Origin: Cyanidioschyzon merolae
Taxonomy: Eukaryota
Strand: one strand, 5' to 3'
Assembly (NCBI GenBank): GCA_000091205.1
Contig: AP006502.2
DNA length: 64,000 bases
This document shows positions 45,870 to 57,798 of this stretch, in pieces. The first letter of the stretch is position 1; each line of letters begins with the position of its first letter. Position numbers and translations under genes: made by a program. The notes beneath the pieces were generated by a model. The model was not told where the DNA came from. It did no database searches and was given only the letters and a program-made list of their open reading frames with translations.

Positions 45870-47500
45870 GAAAGATGCTCGTTTCACTCGATGAGATTTC
45901 AGTCGGGAGACATGGCAGACTTGTATGTAGACATTGAAAGAGAGGTAAACCGCTGTTCGTAAGGAGGAGACGAGCGAGCATGCCGATATCATCCGTTCGC
46001 GGGCGATTCAATCGTACGATCGCCTAAACAGGTAACACAATACGCAGGACCTAACAGCACCTCATCCTTCGTCGAGGCACTCGTCGGGTTTCCCGCTTCC
46101 TATGATGTTCCGTGCTGCTTTCAGGAAACGCTGGTTTCCATCACTCAGAATCTGCCAAGGAGTATGCAACTGAGGCTGGCATTGAGCCGCTCTTCGTGCC
46201 CGCCTATTCTTTCTGGCTCACTCCGATTGAGGGCGTTCCCTCTGTTCCCGAACGCCATTGTTACGTTAACGGATCATTAGACGGGTCACTCGCTTCTACG
46301 ACACCGTTCTTTGAGGAATCGTTCTCTGCACTCAACAATCCTGAGCCGCTGTGTTGCTTTTCTGCTCGTTGGCGGGATGCGGTGGAGGCGCGCGCTTCGG
46401 TCTGTGGGTGTTCGCGCTACGGAAAACGCCATGAAAAGGCACCTGAGACAGCACAGATCCATGGAGACATAGAAGGAGCGAGTTCCGGAGCCACCGTCTA
46501 CCCAGTGCCTCTGGAATCCGACGAGAAAGCGTACATAGCGTACAGCGACGATACCCATGACTCCCCGCCATGTCAAGGACACGGCGATGGAAGAGCTGGT
46601 CTCCGCGGGCAAGTACGCAGCATTCGAACAACTCTGCGAAGGGCAATCAGGAACGCGCCCAGGTTTTCTTGCCTACAGGGATAGGCTGAAGGAAATGTAC
46701 ACGGGCGACAGACGCTGATGGAATATCAATCAGCACGCACTTTGTGAAGCCGGGACCTCTGTCGCGACATTGGACGCATGCCCGAGCCCTCACAGTAGAG
46801 GAAGCGAAGCGAACGCTTTGTGGCGGGCGTGGATCCCGCGTCGAAGAACATCACATTCATCGCCGTATCGCTAGATATAGCGGACGCAACCAAAGACCTG
46901 ACCTGAAACCAGGTGAAGCCGTTTAACTTTCCCACTACGCGATTTCATTGGGATTCGGGTACGGTGGAAGTCCGGAGGTATCCGAACATCTGGAACGACA
47001 AGGTCGGAACCGATCCCGATGCACCGAGCACCGTACGGAGCAGAGGCGAATGCTTCGTGCGCTTCATTCAGGAAGTACGCGAGTGTCGAAATGAACCATA
47101 TGGGCGGTTGCTGGCAGGATAACCTGGGATCACGCTGAACTCGGCAACGGTATCGGTAGAACGTAGACACGACTCGCGCATTCGCCACTTCCCTCAACGG
47201 GCCGGAAACCCAGGTGATCTCAAAGTCGTGTCGTTTGGTGATACAAGTCAATGGCCTTAGACGTGATGCAATGCCCAGAAGCCCGCACTCCCGGTCAAAC
47301 GGCCAGACCGAACAACGAGTCCAGGAATCGAGTATCTGCGAGACCCATCGATGCGTTCAGCACGACATGTGTACGCATCACGAGCATGCGGGCCCGCTGA
47401 ATCTGGTAGAAAGAAGAGCGCGACACATAGACGGATGCACGAGAAGGTGCACAGTGAGGTGACTGAGCGTCAAATGGCGAGGCGGTTGCAGGTGGGAAAC
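45870..47500 (+). mobile_element. Tc1/mariner/IS630-like DDE transposon remnant, repeat copy 1
   Basis: The high-identity core 45953-47499 matches 62454-64000. The ORF 46112-46684 begins ...SGNAGFHHSESAKEYATEAGIEPLFVPAYSFWLTPIEG. This matches the DNAxxH ... LPPYSPxLNPIE C-terminal motif carrying the final acidic residue of DDE transposases; the first Asp is replaced by Gly. The N-terminal two thirds of a transposase are absent. Confidence 0.5.
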
Positions 47501-48060
47501 GTGCTATGGTGTGATTCCAAAAGGCATTCATGTGCGCTGGGGCACGCCCCGCATTGAGCACTGAACGTGTCGAACGGCAACCGATGATGACCCGCGCTTC
47601 CGGAGCGTCCAGCTGCTTTGTATGGCGCGAATGTTCAAGCGAATCGTTTCATAGCTCGTGTAGGCACTGTGGAAAATGCGGAGCACGTTCGAGAGCGTAA
47701 AATTAGGGTGCCGGAGAGAAGGCACTGGATTCTCGCCTGGATCCAGGCAGTCGTGTAGACCGGTTCAGCAATCCATCAAGGCTGGGTCACCTTGTTTAGA
47801 GATAAACCAGGGCGGATTTCCCTTTGGGAGACTGGTGAAACAACAAGGGATACGATTCCTCGACATTGCAGGGTATACATGAAGAAACATTTTCATTTTT
47901 GCATGCACTGCGCTCTTTATGGGGCACAAATCCGAATCCATATGAGGTTTCATGTTGAATGATCACCGAACCCTAACATGCCACATGTAAGCTTCCCGCA
48001 AACTCTTTCAGGATAAAGTTCTCATAGAGGCTCGCTGCATCGCGAGCCTCGGAGAGGGAC

Positions 48061-48084
48061 CACCACCACCACCACCACCACCAC
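48061..48084. repeat. (CAC)8 microsatellite immediately upstream of an ATG
   Basis: Reads caccaccaccaccaccaccaccac, one base out of frame with the ATG at 48086. Confidence 0.8.
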
Positions 48085-48085
48085 C

Positions 48086-48589
48086 ATGTTTTGGTATTCC
48101 TGCGGAGAGCGACTGCGGACATCACTCGCGCGGCCGAGCGCTCGTCGTTTGTACGCGCCCTTAGACCAGTTCACGGGTTTCCGCTGGTCAAAGATGACGA
48201 TTCGTAACCACCGTTTCCCTTTCGAAGGTCGTAGTGCGTCTCACTATTACACGGGGGACAGTCGTGTGTCACGTACAGGTGCGAGCGCGCTGCACACTGC
48301 ACAACCGCTGCGCGGGTTCGACGCAGGGACACTGCGGCCTGCAGCGGGTCAGCGGTACCCGACCGCAAGCATGCGCGCTCCCTGTGCTGGCTACCAGCTG
48401 CCACCGGACTATGTGATTGTCGCGATTGCAGGAGCTTTGCTCGCTGGAGCGGGGTTCATGCTTCGGAGTCTTGGTGATGTGATCGGAGAAGAGTCGCGAC
48501 TTCCGTCAGCGAGCAGTGCGAAGACGCGCAGGGAGCTGTACGGAAGCCGGCGTTATTTGCAGAAAAAACCGCCTCGAGACACAAAATGA
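48086..48589 (+). CDS. Hypothetical small protein with one predicted TM helix
   Basis: 167-codon ORF with an ATG start. One hydrophobic segment DYVIVAIAGALLAGAGFMLRSL. No recognisable family; it could be non-coding. Confidence 0.15.
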   Translation: MFWYSCGERLRTSLARPSARRLYAPLDQFTGFRWSKMTIRNHRFPFEGRSASHYYTGDSRVSRTGASALHTAQPLRGFDAGTLRPAAGQRYPTASMRAPCAGYQLPPDYVIVAIAGALLAGAGFMLRSLGDVIGEESRLPSASSAKTRRELYGSRRYLQKKPPRDTK

Positions 48590-50498
48590 ATACAGATATG
48601 CCTCTAAAGACTAGCCAAGAGATGTTTCTCTGCTCAGCAAGGCGTCACGAGTGTTTTTAATTTTGGAGAAGGGGAAAGCGCGAACGATTCTCCAGGTCCG
48701 TCACCAATGAGGATTCGTAATGGAGCAGCAGATGCTGTGCATGGGACACGCGTTTCTTGAGCAGAGATTCACCCGGTCGTGTGTGACTAGAGCCAAAATA
48801 TGGCGTGACCAGCGTGGGTGGAGCATGTGCGCGAACAGGTCGGGCGTCTCTCCCGGTGGTATTCATCGCCATTGAAAAATTGCTTCCAGTGCGTTTTCTG
48901 GTCACTGTGCATCAGGAAAAGAGCTTTGCTGACCGCGCATAGAACGCTAACGCATCGACTTTTTATGTGCATTGAGTATGTGGCCGCGTCAGGGCGATCC
49001 TCTGCGCCTTATGCGCCGTGCACACGGTACCGGCTCGATACCGAGGTGGTGGTCGTTTGTCGGACTCGAGGCGAGCACAGGTGTAGCTGCACTGCGTCGA
49101 GACATTTGAGATTTTCAGGTGGTGCGAAATCGTGTTTACTGGACTATCAATCAGCGTCCTTGCTAACGATGCTGTGGCTCTCTTGCGTCAGGATGGACAC
49201 CGAGGCTGGCAGCTGTTCCGTAGGAGACGCGACCTTAACACACGCGATGCGATTTCGCTTGTTTTCTCGATGATGCTTTTCGGGGCCAGGGCCCTGGTGT
49301 TGTCGGCGTCGTTGTTGCGGATGCAGTTGCTCGCCCATGGGCCATGAGCGTCTCTGAACGTAATCTCGCCATGACTGGGACTTTGGATGAAACCGCTCTT
49401 CCTTGATGGAGCGCTGTGCGGCGGCGGATGGATCTCGGAGACATTTGTATCAGCTGAGTGTTTTATGGCCCGGCGACTGTCTGTCACCGTTTTTACGGCG
49501 ACAACCGGATGCATGCATCGATCCGAGGCTGATATGAAACCGGATACATCCGATCGCCCATATCTGTGAACGATTTTGTATGGTATATAATCGATAAATC
49601 TGACCAGAATCCCCGGAATGCGCGGTTGCCTTCGGCGACCACGAAAGAGACCGCCGCGTGCCTGTCGATGCTTGGATGTCCTGTCGACGTGAGGCGACTC
49701 TTCCCATCGGAGACGCGGATACGCTTCAACCAATTGAGGGTTAGCGGGCGCCGATCCAACCGTGGAAGCTTGCTGCTACGCTGAATGCTTCGTTCCCTAA
49801 GAGACAGGGTTTTAATCGATCGAAAGACAAATTTGGACTGGCCAACACGCCCACGAAGGCTCGCGGCAAAAATCCCGAATCCTTCGCTGCCAACATCCTC
49901 TAGAAATCGTACAGCTTTCCGATTCTCGTACGGGCGTCTGCTCTTGGTTGCCAGAGGGTTGTGAGCTGAACGACCCCACAACGCGCCTTGGCTCTCCGTG
50001 ATGCCGGTAGCAGTCGCGCGCTCCTGCATCGCTGCGTACCAGCTCCGATCCTGACCCATGACGGAGCGGGCGCGCCAGGTCTTTTGATCACCGACATGCG
50101 TGCGCAGCGACGGTCTGTCCTGAATATCAATATTCGTACAGTTTCTGTTTCGTGTTTCCAGCACGCCGCGATGCACGTTTTCCGCGCGCGAGCATTCAGT
50201 TGCCACGTGCGCCGTCGCCAGGGAGATTGCAACGCCACTGCCAGTTGCGATCTGCGCTGCGTGATGCAGGGCACGCTGTGCACGCTCGCGCACCGCTGCG
50301 ATTCAAAAAGATCGCACGATCCGGTGCACGCGCGCACGCATTCGCCAGCATCCGTGTCGCACATGCGCGCTCGCACGATGTGTGCTATCATGCGACCTCT
50401 AGTGCGTACGCACGAGGTATCGCGTAACCCTTGTGTGCGAGTTGGAACCGGGCACTCTGAACGAATCGATAACGCATTTGACAGTCGAGGGATATTTT

Positions 50499-52322
50499 AT
50501 GCTTAAGGGAATGGGGAAAGGTTGTGCTGTACGATTTAGGGACGGGAGCGCAGCGAACACACTGGGCGAGACGGAACAGTCTTGTGCTGGTCGCTCGTGT
50601 TACGGGCAGATGTTCGTGTTGAGCCGTGTGCCGCCAGTTTTCTCGCGCAATGGTTTCTCGTTGAGCAAGATTAATAGAGGATGCACTCTGTCCTTGGGTT
50701 CCGGTATACGTCGTTTTGGTTGCGGCGGGCTCGACGCTCGCTCGAGTGCTTGGTGCGGTCAACCGCGCTGCTTCGTCCACACACCCAGTTTCCCGCGCGT
50801 GCTGCGAGGCGAGAAAAAGCAGCGCAGCATTGGTGCGCAAGGTTCCCGGCGAACTGTTATGGTAGCGCTCACGTCGAAGCCGGTGCCGTGGAAGCGCCTC
50901 GCGGGCTGGTTCGTGGACGGTTTCCCTGTGTGGTGCATGTTGGCGTCGTATCTCGCGCTGAGGTATCCTCAGGTGTTCATTTCCGCACCATTCGTTACGA
51001 GTCCACAGGGCGTGACCTTCGGTTTATCGCTTATCATGCTGTCTATGGGTATGACGCTAACCTGGCAAGATGTGGGTCGGTGTCTGGGTTTGCAGCCGCC
51101 CGCCATGGAGGCAGGTACGCCATCGGGGACGCTGGCGACCTCATCGATGGTACGCCGCGCAGTCCTCGTGAATACGATCATGTGCTTCGTGGTCATGCCG
51201 CTGGTTGCTTACCTACTTGCAAAGACAGTGATGACCTCAACTGCAGTCGTTTCATCGCTCTTAGGTGCATCGCTGGACACTGTCAAAGCTGTCCCAGGTG
51301 GTATGGATGCGGCTAGTAAGGCTCTCAAGTCAGCGATCCTGACTGGCATGGTCCTGCTAGGATCCGTATCTGGCGGACAGGCAAGTAATCTGTGTACGTA
51401 TATCGCCAAGGGCGATGTCGGCATGTCCGTTACAATGACCACCGCCACGACGCTTCTCGTCACGGTGGCGTTGCCGCTGATCACCTCGCTGTTGCTGGGG
51501 GCGGCAGTACCAGTTGACGGCGCTCGTTTGGCCACCTCAACGGCACGCGTCGTCCTGCTGCCTCTGGCGCTTGGTATTGCTTTGAATACCTATGTTTTAC
51601 GAACAAACGAAGCCCGCAGCAGACTGGCACCATGGCTACCGGTTCTTGGTGTTGCTGCGACCCTGTTCACCATCGTGGGTGCCCTATCACCAGTCTCCGC
51701 AACGGTGCTTGCTGCTCTGAGTGAAACTCCTTTGGTGCTGGCAGTGGCCGGCTTTCATATTTTTGGCGGTTTCCTCGGTTATTACATTTCGAAACGAATG
51801 CCAGGTTTCTACGGCGATGAAGCCACTGCGCGCACCATCTCCATCGAGACGATGTTCAAGTCGCCAGCGCTAAGTTTCATTCTCGCGGCGAAGCACTTTG
51901 ACGGTGCCTGGGTTCTCGTACCGTCGTCAATTAGCCTTGTTGTGCTGGCGCCTATCGCTGCAGCGTATGCAGTTTTGCTGCGCCGTTCCGCGAGCCTGAG
52001 CTTTCCAGCGTTCATGGCGGGCGCCTCGAGCCTGACTCCCTTCAGAAATCTCAAACAAGTGCCGCTCGGCAGCGCTGCACCGTCACCGCAGCCCGTTGTT
52101 CGTTCCAATGTGCTCACCGTCGGAGAAACTCGAGTGAAGTCGCAGCCGCCCACAGCGCTGCCGATTGTGACCGCTCCGGGCCGTCTCCTGCATCCGCGGG
52201 TACGTGTCTACTTTCGAAACGCTCCGAATCCCGTGATCGTACCAAAAAGCGAGCTGAGAAACTTTTTGCTGAAAATGCGGAAAATGAAAGGAATGCAGGT
52301 GGTTAAGATCGTGGAAGTGTGA
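50499..52322 (+). CDS. Bile acid:sodium symporter (BASS/SBF) family transporter, plastid-envelope type
   Basis: ...SVSGGQASNLCTYIAKGDVGMSVTMTTATTLLVTVALPLITSLL... matches the BASS signature GGQSSNLATYLARGD..S..MTT.STL. About 9-10 TM segments. The long N-terminal extension is consistent with a targeting peptide. The track start at 50433 is GTG; the first ATG is at 50499, and other candidates are at 50511 and 50859. Confidence 0.7.
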   Translation: MLKGMGKGCAVRFRDGSAANTLGETEQSCAGRSCYGQMFVLSRVPPVFSRNGFSLSKINRGCTLSLGSGIRRFGCGGLDARSSAWCGQPRCFVHTPSFPRVLRGEKKQRSIGAQGSRRTVMVALTSKPVPWKRLAGWFVDGFPVWCMLASYLALRYPQVFISAPFVTSPQGVTFGLSLIMLSMGMTLTWQDVGRCLGLQPPAMEAGTPSGTLATSSMVRRAVLVNTIMCFVVMPLVAYLLAKTVMTSTAVVSSLLGASLDTVKAVPGGMDAASKALKSAILTGMVLLGSVSGGQASNLCTYIAKGDVGMSVTMTTATTLLVTVALPLITSLLLGAAVPVDGARLATSTARVVLLPLALGIALNTYVLRTNEARSRLAPWLPVLGVAATLFTIVGALSPVSATVLAALSETPLVLAVAGFHIFGGFLGYYISKRMPGFYGDEATARTISIETMFKSPALSFILAAKHFDGAWVLVPSSISLVVLAPIAAAYAVLLRRSASLSFPAFMAGASSLTPFRNLKQVPLGSAAPSPQPVVRSNVLTVGETRVKSQPPTALPIVTAPGRLLHPRVRVYFRNAPNPVIVPKSELRNFLLKMRKMKGMQVVKIVEV

Positions 52323-52465
52323 GCAGCGTGCGCCTCAGGGTCACACAAAGTTCGCATCTTGACTTCATTGTCTAGTTTCTTGGGAGCATACTGCAACACG
52401 CTGCTCTGTGCACGCCGGAGCGCATGGCAGGGACCCTGCTGTCGAGAACGCTTCTCATCCAAAAG

Positions 52466-52640
52466 TCCGTAAATATACGAGGGAAATCGATCCAGCTGCA
52501 GTATCAGTGCATCACCACTATTCCCGAGGTATCCCGAGCATCGCAACGTATATCCCAGAGTCCGTAAATATACGAGGGAAATCGATCCAGCTGCAGTATC
52601 AGTGCATCACCACTATTCCCGAGGTATCCCGAGCATCGCA
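52466..52640. repeat. Tandem duplication of a 95-bp unit (1.85 copies) just downstream of BASS
   Basis: Unit tccgtaaatatacgagggaaatcgatccagctgcagtatcagtgcatcaccactattcccgaggtatcccgagcatcgca... at 52466-52560. It is repeated exactly at 52561-52640. Confidence 0.9.
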
Positions 52641-53070
52641 GCTGCTGACAGCGGATCCTGCCCAGTTACAAGCCTCGGCCTGTGCGTACAGACGTTACGT
52701 GTCACGCTCGGAGGACAGCATTGATGCATACATGTCAATGGACCGGTTGCGCAGACACGTGCCACAGCTTTTCTATGGACAAAGCCTCTGGATACTCCGT
52801 ACTGCGCAGTACGGTGTCCCTGCGAACGCGAACGGGGTCGCTTCCCGCCGGTTCTTTGCTCTCCGCCCGTACCGCGCTGACACCATAAAACCGAGTACTC
52901 TCTTCCGCATGTCAAATTCCTATGCATAATATCCTGCACGTGACAGCAAACACCGAGCAGCTCGTGCTCCTGATGCGTTAGTATGACCTGCAAACAAGTA
53001 CAGAGAAACTGGCGTTATACCTCGCGCTGCTCGGGCATCATGCCCGTTTAACTGAACCTTGGCGTTCTCG

Positions 53071-53685
53071 TCACCGAGTTAAAAGTGTTATGATACCTTG
53101 AGATCCAACCAAGAGCTCCTGTGAGAGGCTCGTAAGCGCCAGCCACACAAGCGGTGTGATATCGACGCCACCCTGCGGCGGTATGATACGACGCGTCGGC
53201 CGCAACAGTCCCTCGGTAGCGAGCACAACGATAGACCAGGGCGGACGCCCAGCATTGATCTGAGGAAACCACGGAATCACAAATCTCAGCAGAAACAAGA
53301 CTGTGTACGTGGTGAACACCAGCGAGAGCAAGCCCCGAAGCGGTGCAACAAACGCAGGAACCTGCACACTGTTCGCCACTGTGGGTGTCGTGAGCGCACT
53401 TCCAGTCACCGCTCCCCAAGCGAATGCCATCCACGTGGAAGCGACGTCCGTCACCATGACCAGCGATTCACAAAGGCACCTCTTCGACGGGGCTCGCTGC
53501 TGTTCCGCAGCGTAACCGGTGAACACCGGATACCGACCTCGTGGTAACAGCGACTTGCGCCACCAAGTGCTGCCGCTTCGAACGCTTCCATAGTGTTGCG
53601 TTCGAGCTCCCGCTCCATTCAATTTAGAGCACACCCCGAACCTAATATCCCTTCGAAGGACGCACCCGGTGTAAAGGAGAAACAT
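53071..53685 (-). CDS. YGGT-family membrane protein (Ycf19/YlmG-like)
   Basis: 204 aa with an ATG start. Two hydrophobic YGGT-like repeats (...LLSLVFTTYTVLFLLRFVIPWFPQ... and ...WSIVVLATEGLLRPTRRIIPPQGGVDITPLVWLALTSLSQELL...). The N-terminal presequence is Arg/Ser-rich. Confidence 0.5.
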   Translation of the reverse strand: MFLLYTGCVLRRDIRFGVCSKLNGAGARTQHYGSVRSGSTWWRKSLLPRGRYPVFTGYAAEQQRAPSKRCLCESLVMVTDVASTWMAFAWGAVTGSALTTPTVANSVQVPAFVAPLRGLLSLVFTTYTVLFLLRFVIPWFPQINAGRPPWSIVVLATEGLLRPTRRIIPPQGGVDITPLVWLALTSLSQELLVGSQGIITLLTR

Positions 53686-53830
53686 TCACCACAGTTTCAC
53701 GAGGCTCAGCGGAACGCGACGGCAGCGCTTGCCAGTGCACTGCAGGCGTCCAGGTCGAACGGCGAGTCGACAAACGCTGCTGCTGGCTTCGTTGCTACTG
53801 CCGCGGGCGTACGCCTGCTTCAAACCGGCA

Positions 53831-54667
53831 ATGTTTTCCACGGCAACGTACCTGGGTCCATACCAGGTCACACAGCGACACCTATGGAGTCAATCGAGCC
53901 GGTTACAATCATGTCGGCCTCGACGCTTTGTGCGATCCATAGCGTTTTTGAAGTTGCAAGGCGAGCTTGCGTTGTTCTGCGGTCGACGCTTGTACGCGAG
54001 CGCTGTTCGACCTGGTGACGCTGCCGCAGCCGGACGTGTAAAACGTGTTGGCGTACTCGTTTCCGGCACAGGTCGCTCGCTTGAGAACCTTCTACAAAGA
54101 ATACATACTGGGACGTTGCTGGGTGCCCAGATCGTAGTCGTTGTTGCTTCGCGGGCCGACTGCTTCGCGCTCGAACGAGCGGCCCAGCGGCACGTACCCG
54201 CAGAGGTTGTGGCTGCTCGGGCCTTCTCAGACACAGACCGATTCAGTGAAGCCATCACTGAGGTCCTGGTTGCTTATCGAGTTGATTTAGTGGTTATGGC
54301 GGGTTTCATGCATTTCTATCGGATTCCGCCTCGCTATGCCAACCGTGTGCTGAACATTCATCCGGCCCTGCTGCCTGCGTTTTGTGGGCGAGGGTTTTAC
54401 GGAAACCGAGTACACCAAGCCGTGCTAGACTTTGGTGCAAAAGTGACTGGCGTCACGGTTCATTTCGCGGACAACGAATACGATCATGGACCAATTGTTC
54501 TACAGAGCGCCGTTCCCGTCCTCGATGAGGATACCGTGGAGACACTGGCTGCTCGGGTATTTGCGGAGGAGTGTCGTCTTTTGCCGGAAGCAGTCGAACT
54601 CTTCTGCCAAGATGCCCTGATTCTGGATGGACGTCGCGTTCGGATCCGACAACGACAAAACGTCTAG
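53831..54667 (+). CDS. purN: Phosphoribosylglycinamide formyltransferase (GAR transformylase, PurN) with an N-terminal presequence
   Basis: ...RVGVLVSGTGRSLENLL...VDLVVMAGFMHFYRIPPRYANRVLNIHPALLPAFCGRGFYGNRVHQAVLDFGAKVTGVTVHFADNEYDHGPIVLQSAVPVLDEDTVETLAARV... matches the N..H.SLLP and HxV..E.D.G.II motifs of PurN. The track start at 53729 is TTG; the first ATG is at 53831. Confidence 0.85.
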   Translation: MFSTATYLGPYQVTQRHLWSQSSRLQSCRPRRFVRSIAFLKLQGELALFCGRRLYASAVRPGDAAAAGRVKRVGVLVSGTGRSLENLLQRIHTGTLLGAQIVVVVASRADCFALERAAQRHVPAEVVAARAFSDTDRFSEAITEVLVAYRVDLVVMAGFMHFYRIPPRYANRVLNIHPALLPAFCGRGFYGNRVHQAVLDFGAKVTGVTVHFADNEYDHGPIVLQSAVPVLDEDTVETLAARVFAEECRLLPEAVELFCQDALILDGRRVRIRQRQNV

Positions 54668-55379
54668 AGCAGCGGCATAGCGTTCGTCAGCGTTGCCCCG
54701 GACTGGGCGACAGCAGCGCGAGTAGGATAATGAGCACATTACGGAGAGAGCATTGGCACATTCAGAACGACAAAGTGGCGGTTGGTAGACGTCTGGAGAA
54801 GCAACCCATGCGCTGCGTTCAGGTGATGGAAGCATGTGGCGGATGCTGCGGGCCCCGAAAGCGCCCCGGGGATGCTGTTTTGACGCGCTGTTTCCATTTG
54901 GGATGCGTACGCAACAGCCGCTTCGGGCTAGACGAGCACTGGAGGCTGACTTGTTTCGGAATCCGTATGCCTGGTGTAACTGCTGTTGCAACCGGCGGTG
55001 CTCGACGTGCTGTTGCCATATGCCGGCCTCGTGCAGATGGTGCTTCGTGCACCCGTACCAGCCGAGCGTCTTCCCGCGGGATACGTATGCCCGGATCAAT
55101 ATTCCTCACAAGATGCGAGCACTTGAAGACAGCTTGAGCACGACGGATGGAATGCCGCGTAGGCAAACGCCGGGAACAACGCGTACAAAGTAATGGGTAC
55201 TCTATGAGGACCGAGGCAATGACCCATGCGCTCCCCGGTACTGCAACGGATAAGTAGCGAATCCGGGAACCGCTAACGAGCAACACGCCATATAATCCAT
55301 TTCGGATCGTTTGTTTGTTTCGAGTAACGAGGAGCTCCTATGCGATGTACGCGTTCCAGCGTGCTGGCAGAAGTGCACA

Positions 55380-55380
<1 letters not shown>

Positions 55381-55410
<30 letters not shown>
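55381..55410. repeat. (CGT)10 microsatellite
   Basis: Reads cgtcgtcgtcgtcgtcgtcgtcgtcgtcgt. Confidence 0.9.
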
Positions 55411-57798
55411 GCAGGTAAATTCGCACATTTTGACAATTCCAAGGGACTGGAGCATCGCCTTCGTATATCGATGCACATGTATCCCAGATTTCAAAGTCTT
55501 GCTTCATGGCGGGCATTTTTCGTTGCGGTAGTTCACGCTTCCGTCGAAAGCGCCGTATCCGAGGCGTCTACGTCGAACAACGCAAAGTGTCGCGGCACAC
55601 ACTGCACTGCAAAGCTGCATTATCACGCGAATCCGAGTTTTTTTTTCTGTTGCCAGAACGTTTCCATTCACCAGGGATTCCCGCTTGCGCGATGGATATT
55701 AGCATTCGGCATCGCAGCAGACGCTCCCGCGCTTGACTCCAGGCTCGATCACATATACCTTATCTCGCAGATCGAAGTCGTTTTTCACGCTCTACCGTGC
55801 GCCAAGTGCCTGACGTGAGCGTCTGCGCCAACAACGGTAGCGCCGGTGCGGTCACAGCATGGCGACAACACCGCATGGTCATTCCAAGGAGCGCTTCGGC
55901 TCGAGGCGTGCCTCACCTGACCCAGCGTCTTGGCTCATTAGCGATTTGTGCTCGCAACCAAGTGCCATATCGCTCGCGTAGCGGCAGTTTCGCCCCACCC
56001 GTATCAGTTTACAATGGAACATGAAAGTGCTTGCTCCGTTCCTGGCAGGCAACTGTTTTCGTACTCTGTTTAGAAATGCGGCTTCAGGATGCCAAGTGCA
56101 GCAACAAGGGCTTTCGGATTCATGGAGAGTTTCGGGATTACCGCTCGTTTCTTCCGAATGGATCCTTCGATGCTCTCCCGGTAGCATTCGTGACATCACC
56201 GGAATCGAGATGATCCGCGAGGCAATCGAACAGGGATTTGCAAAACCTAACCATATTACGATCCAATTCATATGTACGCGTTTGCACGCGTCTACTTTCC
56301 TAACATGTAGCATACTCCAATCAATGGTGCTTGGTGTTTTCGATCTATCTATTGCGAGGCAACTCGTGGAGGTAGCCATTCACGTGGCTGGTTTGACGAG
56401 GAAACCTACTCGACGCCGTTTCCCCGGCGACGTTTTCTCCCAGCTCATGCCCAAAGTTCGCTGAACTTGGAAGTTCAGATACTCGATTCCTTTCGAAAGA
56501 CAAATGCTTTTCTTTTTGAAGTCATCGACGGAGCGTCATTCAACAGTAGCGTGATACCTGCCAAGGGGTGCGCTCCCAGAGGCTTACGTCTCTCCTGCTT
56601 GTATGGAAAAAGGTCTTGGACTCGGACTCGAGTCATCGCAGCGAACTGTCCCAGTCGAGCATAAGTCAGCGCTTTGCGGGAAGCGAGCGTAGACAGATCG
56701 GCATTTCTGGACCAGTTCTCCGGACTGGATTTTCCCTCTGGCACTCGTTTCACCCTGGGCAACTTCGCGTTTCACTCATTTTCTATCGAACCGGCCGCAT
56801 GCGTCTGCGTGTGTAGCGAACAGTGTACGCTCGCGGCGGATCAACCAGAAGGAGCTCGGCATCGTGAGGTACGGCAACTGACCCGGAAATCGAGCTTGGC
56901 ATCGAGGATAACCCTTTGTATCTGTCAAGGGCATGTACTGAGCAATCAAGCGAGCGTTTACGCGGCAAAGGGCAATAAACAAAAGACGAGGTGTCGTGGA
57001 CGTATTCGACCGCCTGACCACATCCAAGTGTCACCGCTGCAAATGGCGCCCCTGCGTTGCATATACTGAAGAGACAAATGGCGATCGACGCGTGCATCGC
57101 CAATATCGTCTGTTCAGGAAATGCGTAGAAAAATGCCGAAAGCCGGTAAGTGAGACCCTCACCACTGCCATCAACACCCTTCGACTGCATGCAACGGATT
57201 CGGAAGCAAACAAGAGACCAGCGTGTTCCAAGCTCCGAGACCTGTAATAGGAAAAGGAAGCAGTCACTGAAAAAGCTCCCATTGGCTGGAATTCATAGAA
57301 GTGCACTGAGAAGCCAACGTTGGCACGTGCACCCGAGTTACAGAGAACCCGATCGACTTTATCCTGAATTGGATGTAGCGGAAACGCGTCCCAAACTTCA
57401 GCAACAAGCGTCCTGACCTCCGTTCAGCAGACGCTTCATGACACACAGTCGTGCGCAAGATACGCACGTCGGCATACGCATGGGCCTTATGAGCATCATC
57501 CCACACGGAACGACAGTTGCTAGACATGTGTCCTCGCGATGATCCACAATGATGCTCAGGTTGGCGTATATAGTGCGTCTGTTTGCTTCATGAACTGGTG
57601 CGCTTCGGAAATCGGTGTCGTTTGCCATCGCATGAATGCAGTTCTCCGCTTAATGAATCGTGACTCGACAAGCCGAATTTCATGTCGAGCGGTTATTCTC
57701 AAAGCGCCCTTGGCTGGTACCAGCGACCGGTGTCCGTAAAATGCTCGAGTCCGCATGAGCGTTTCCCTGCAGGTCTGAATACACCTGTGGTGCGGGTA

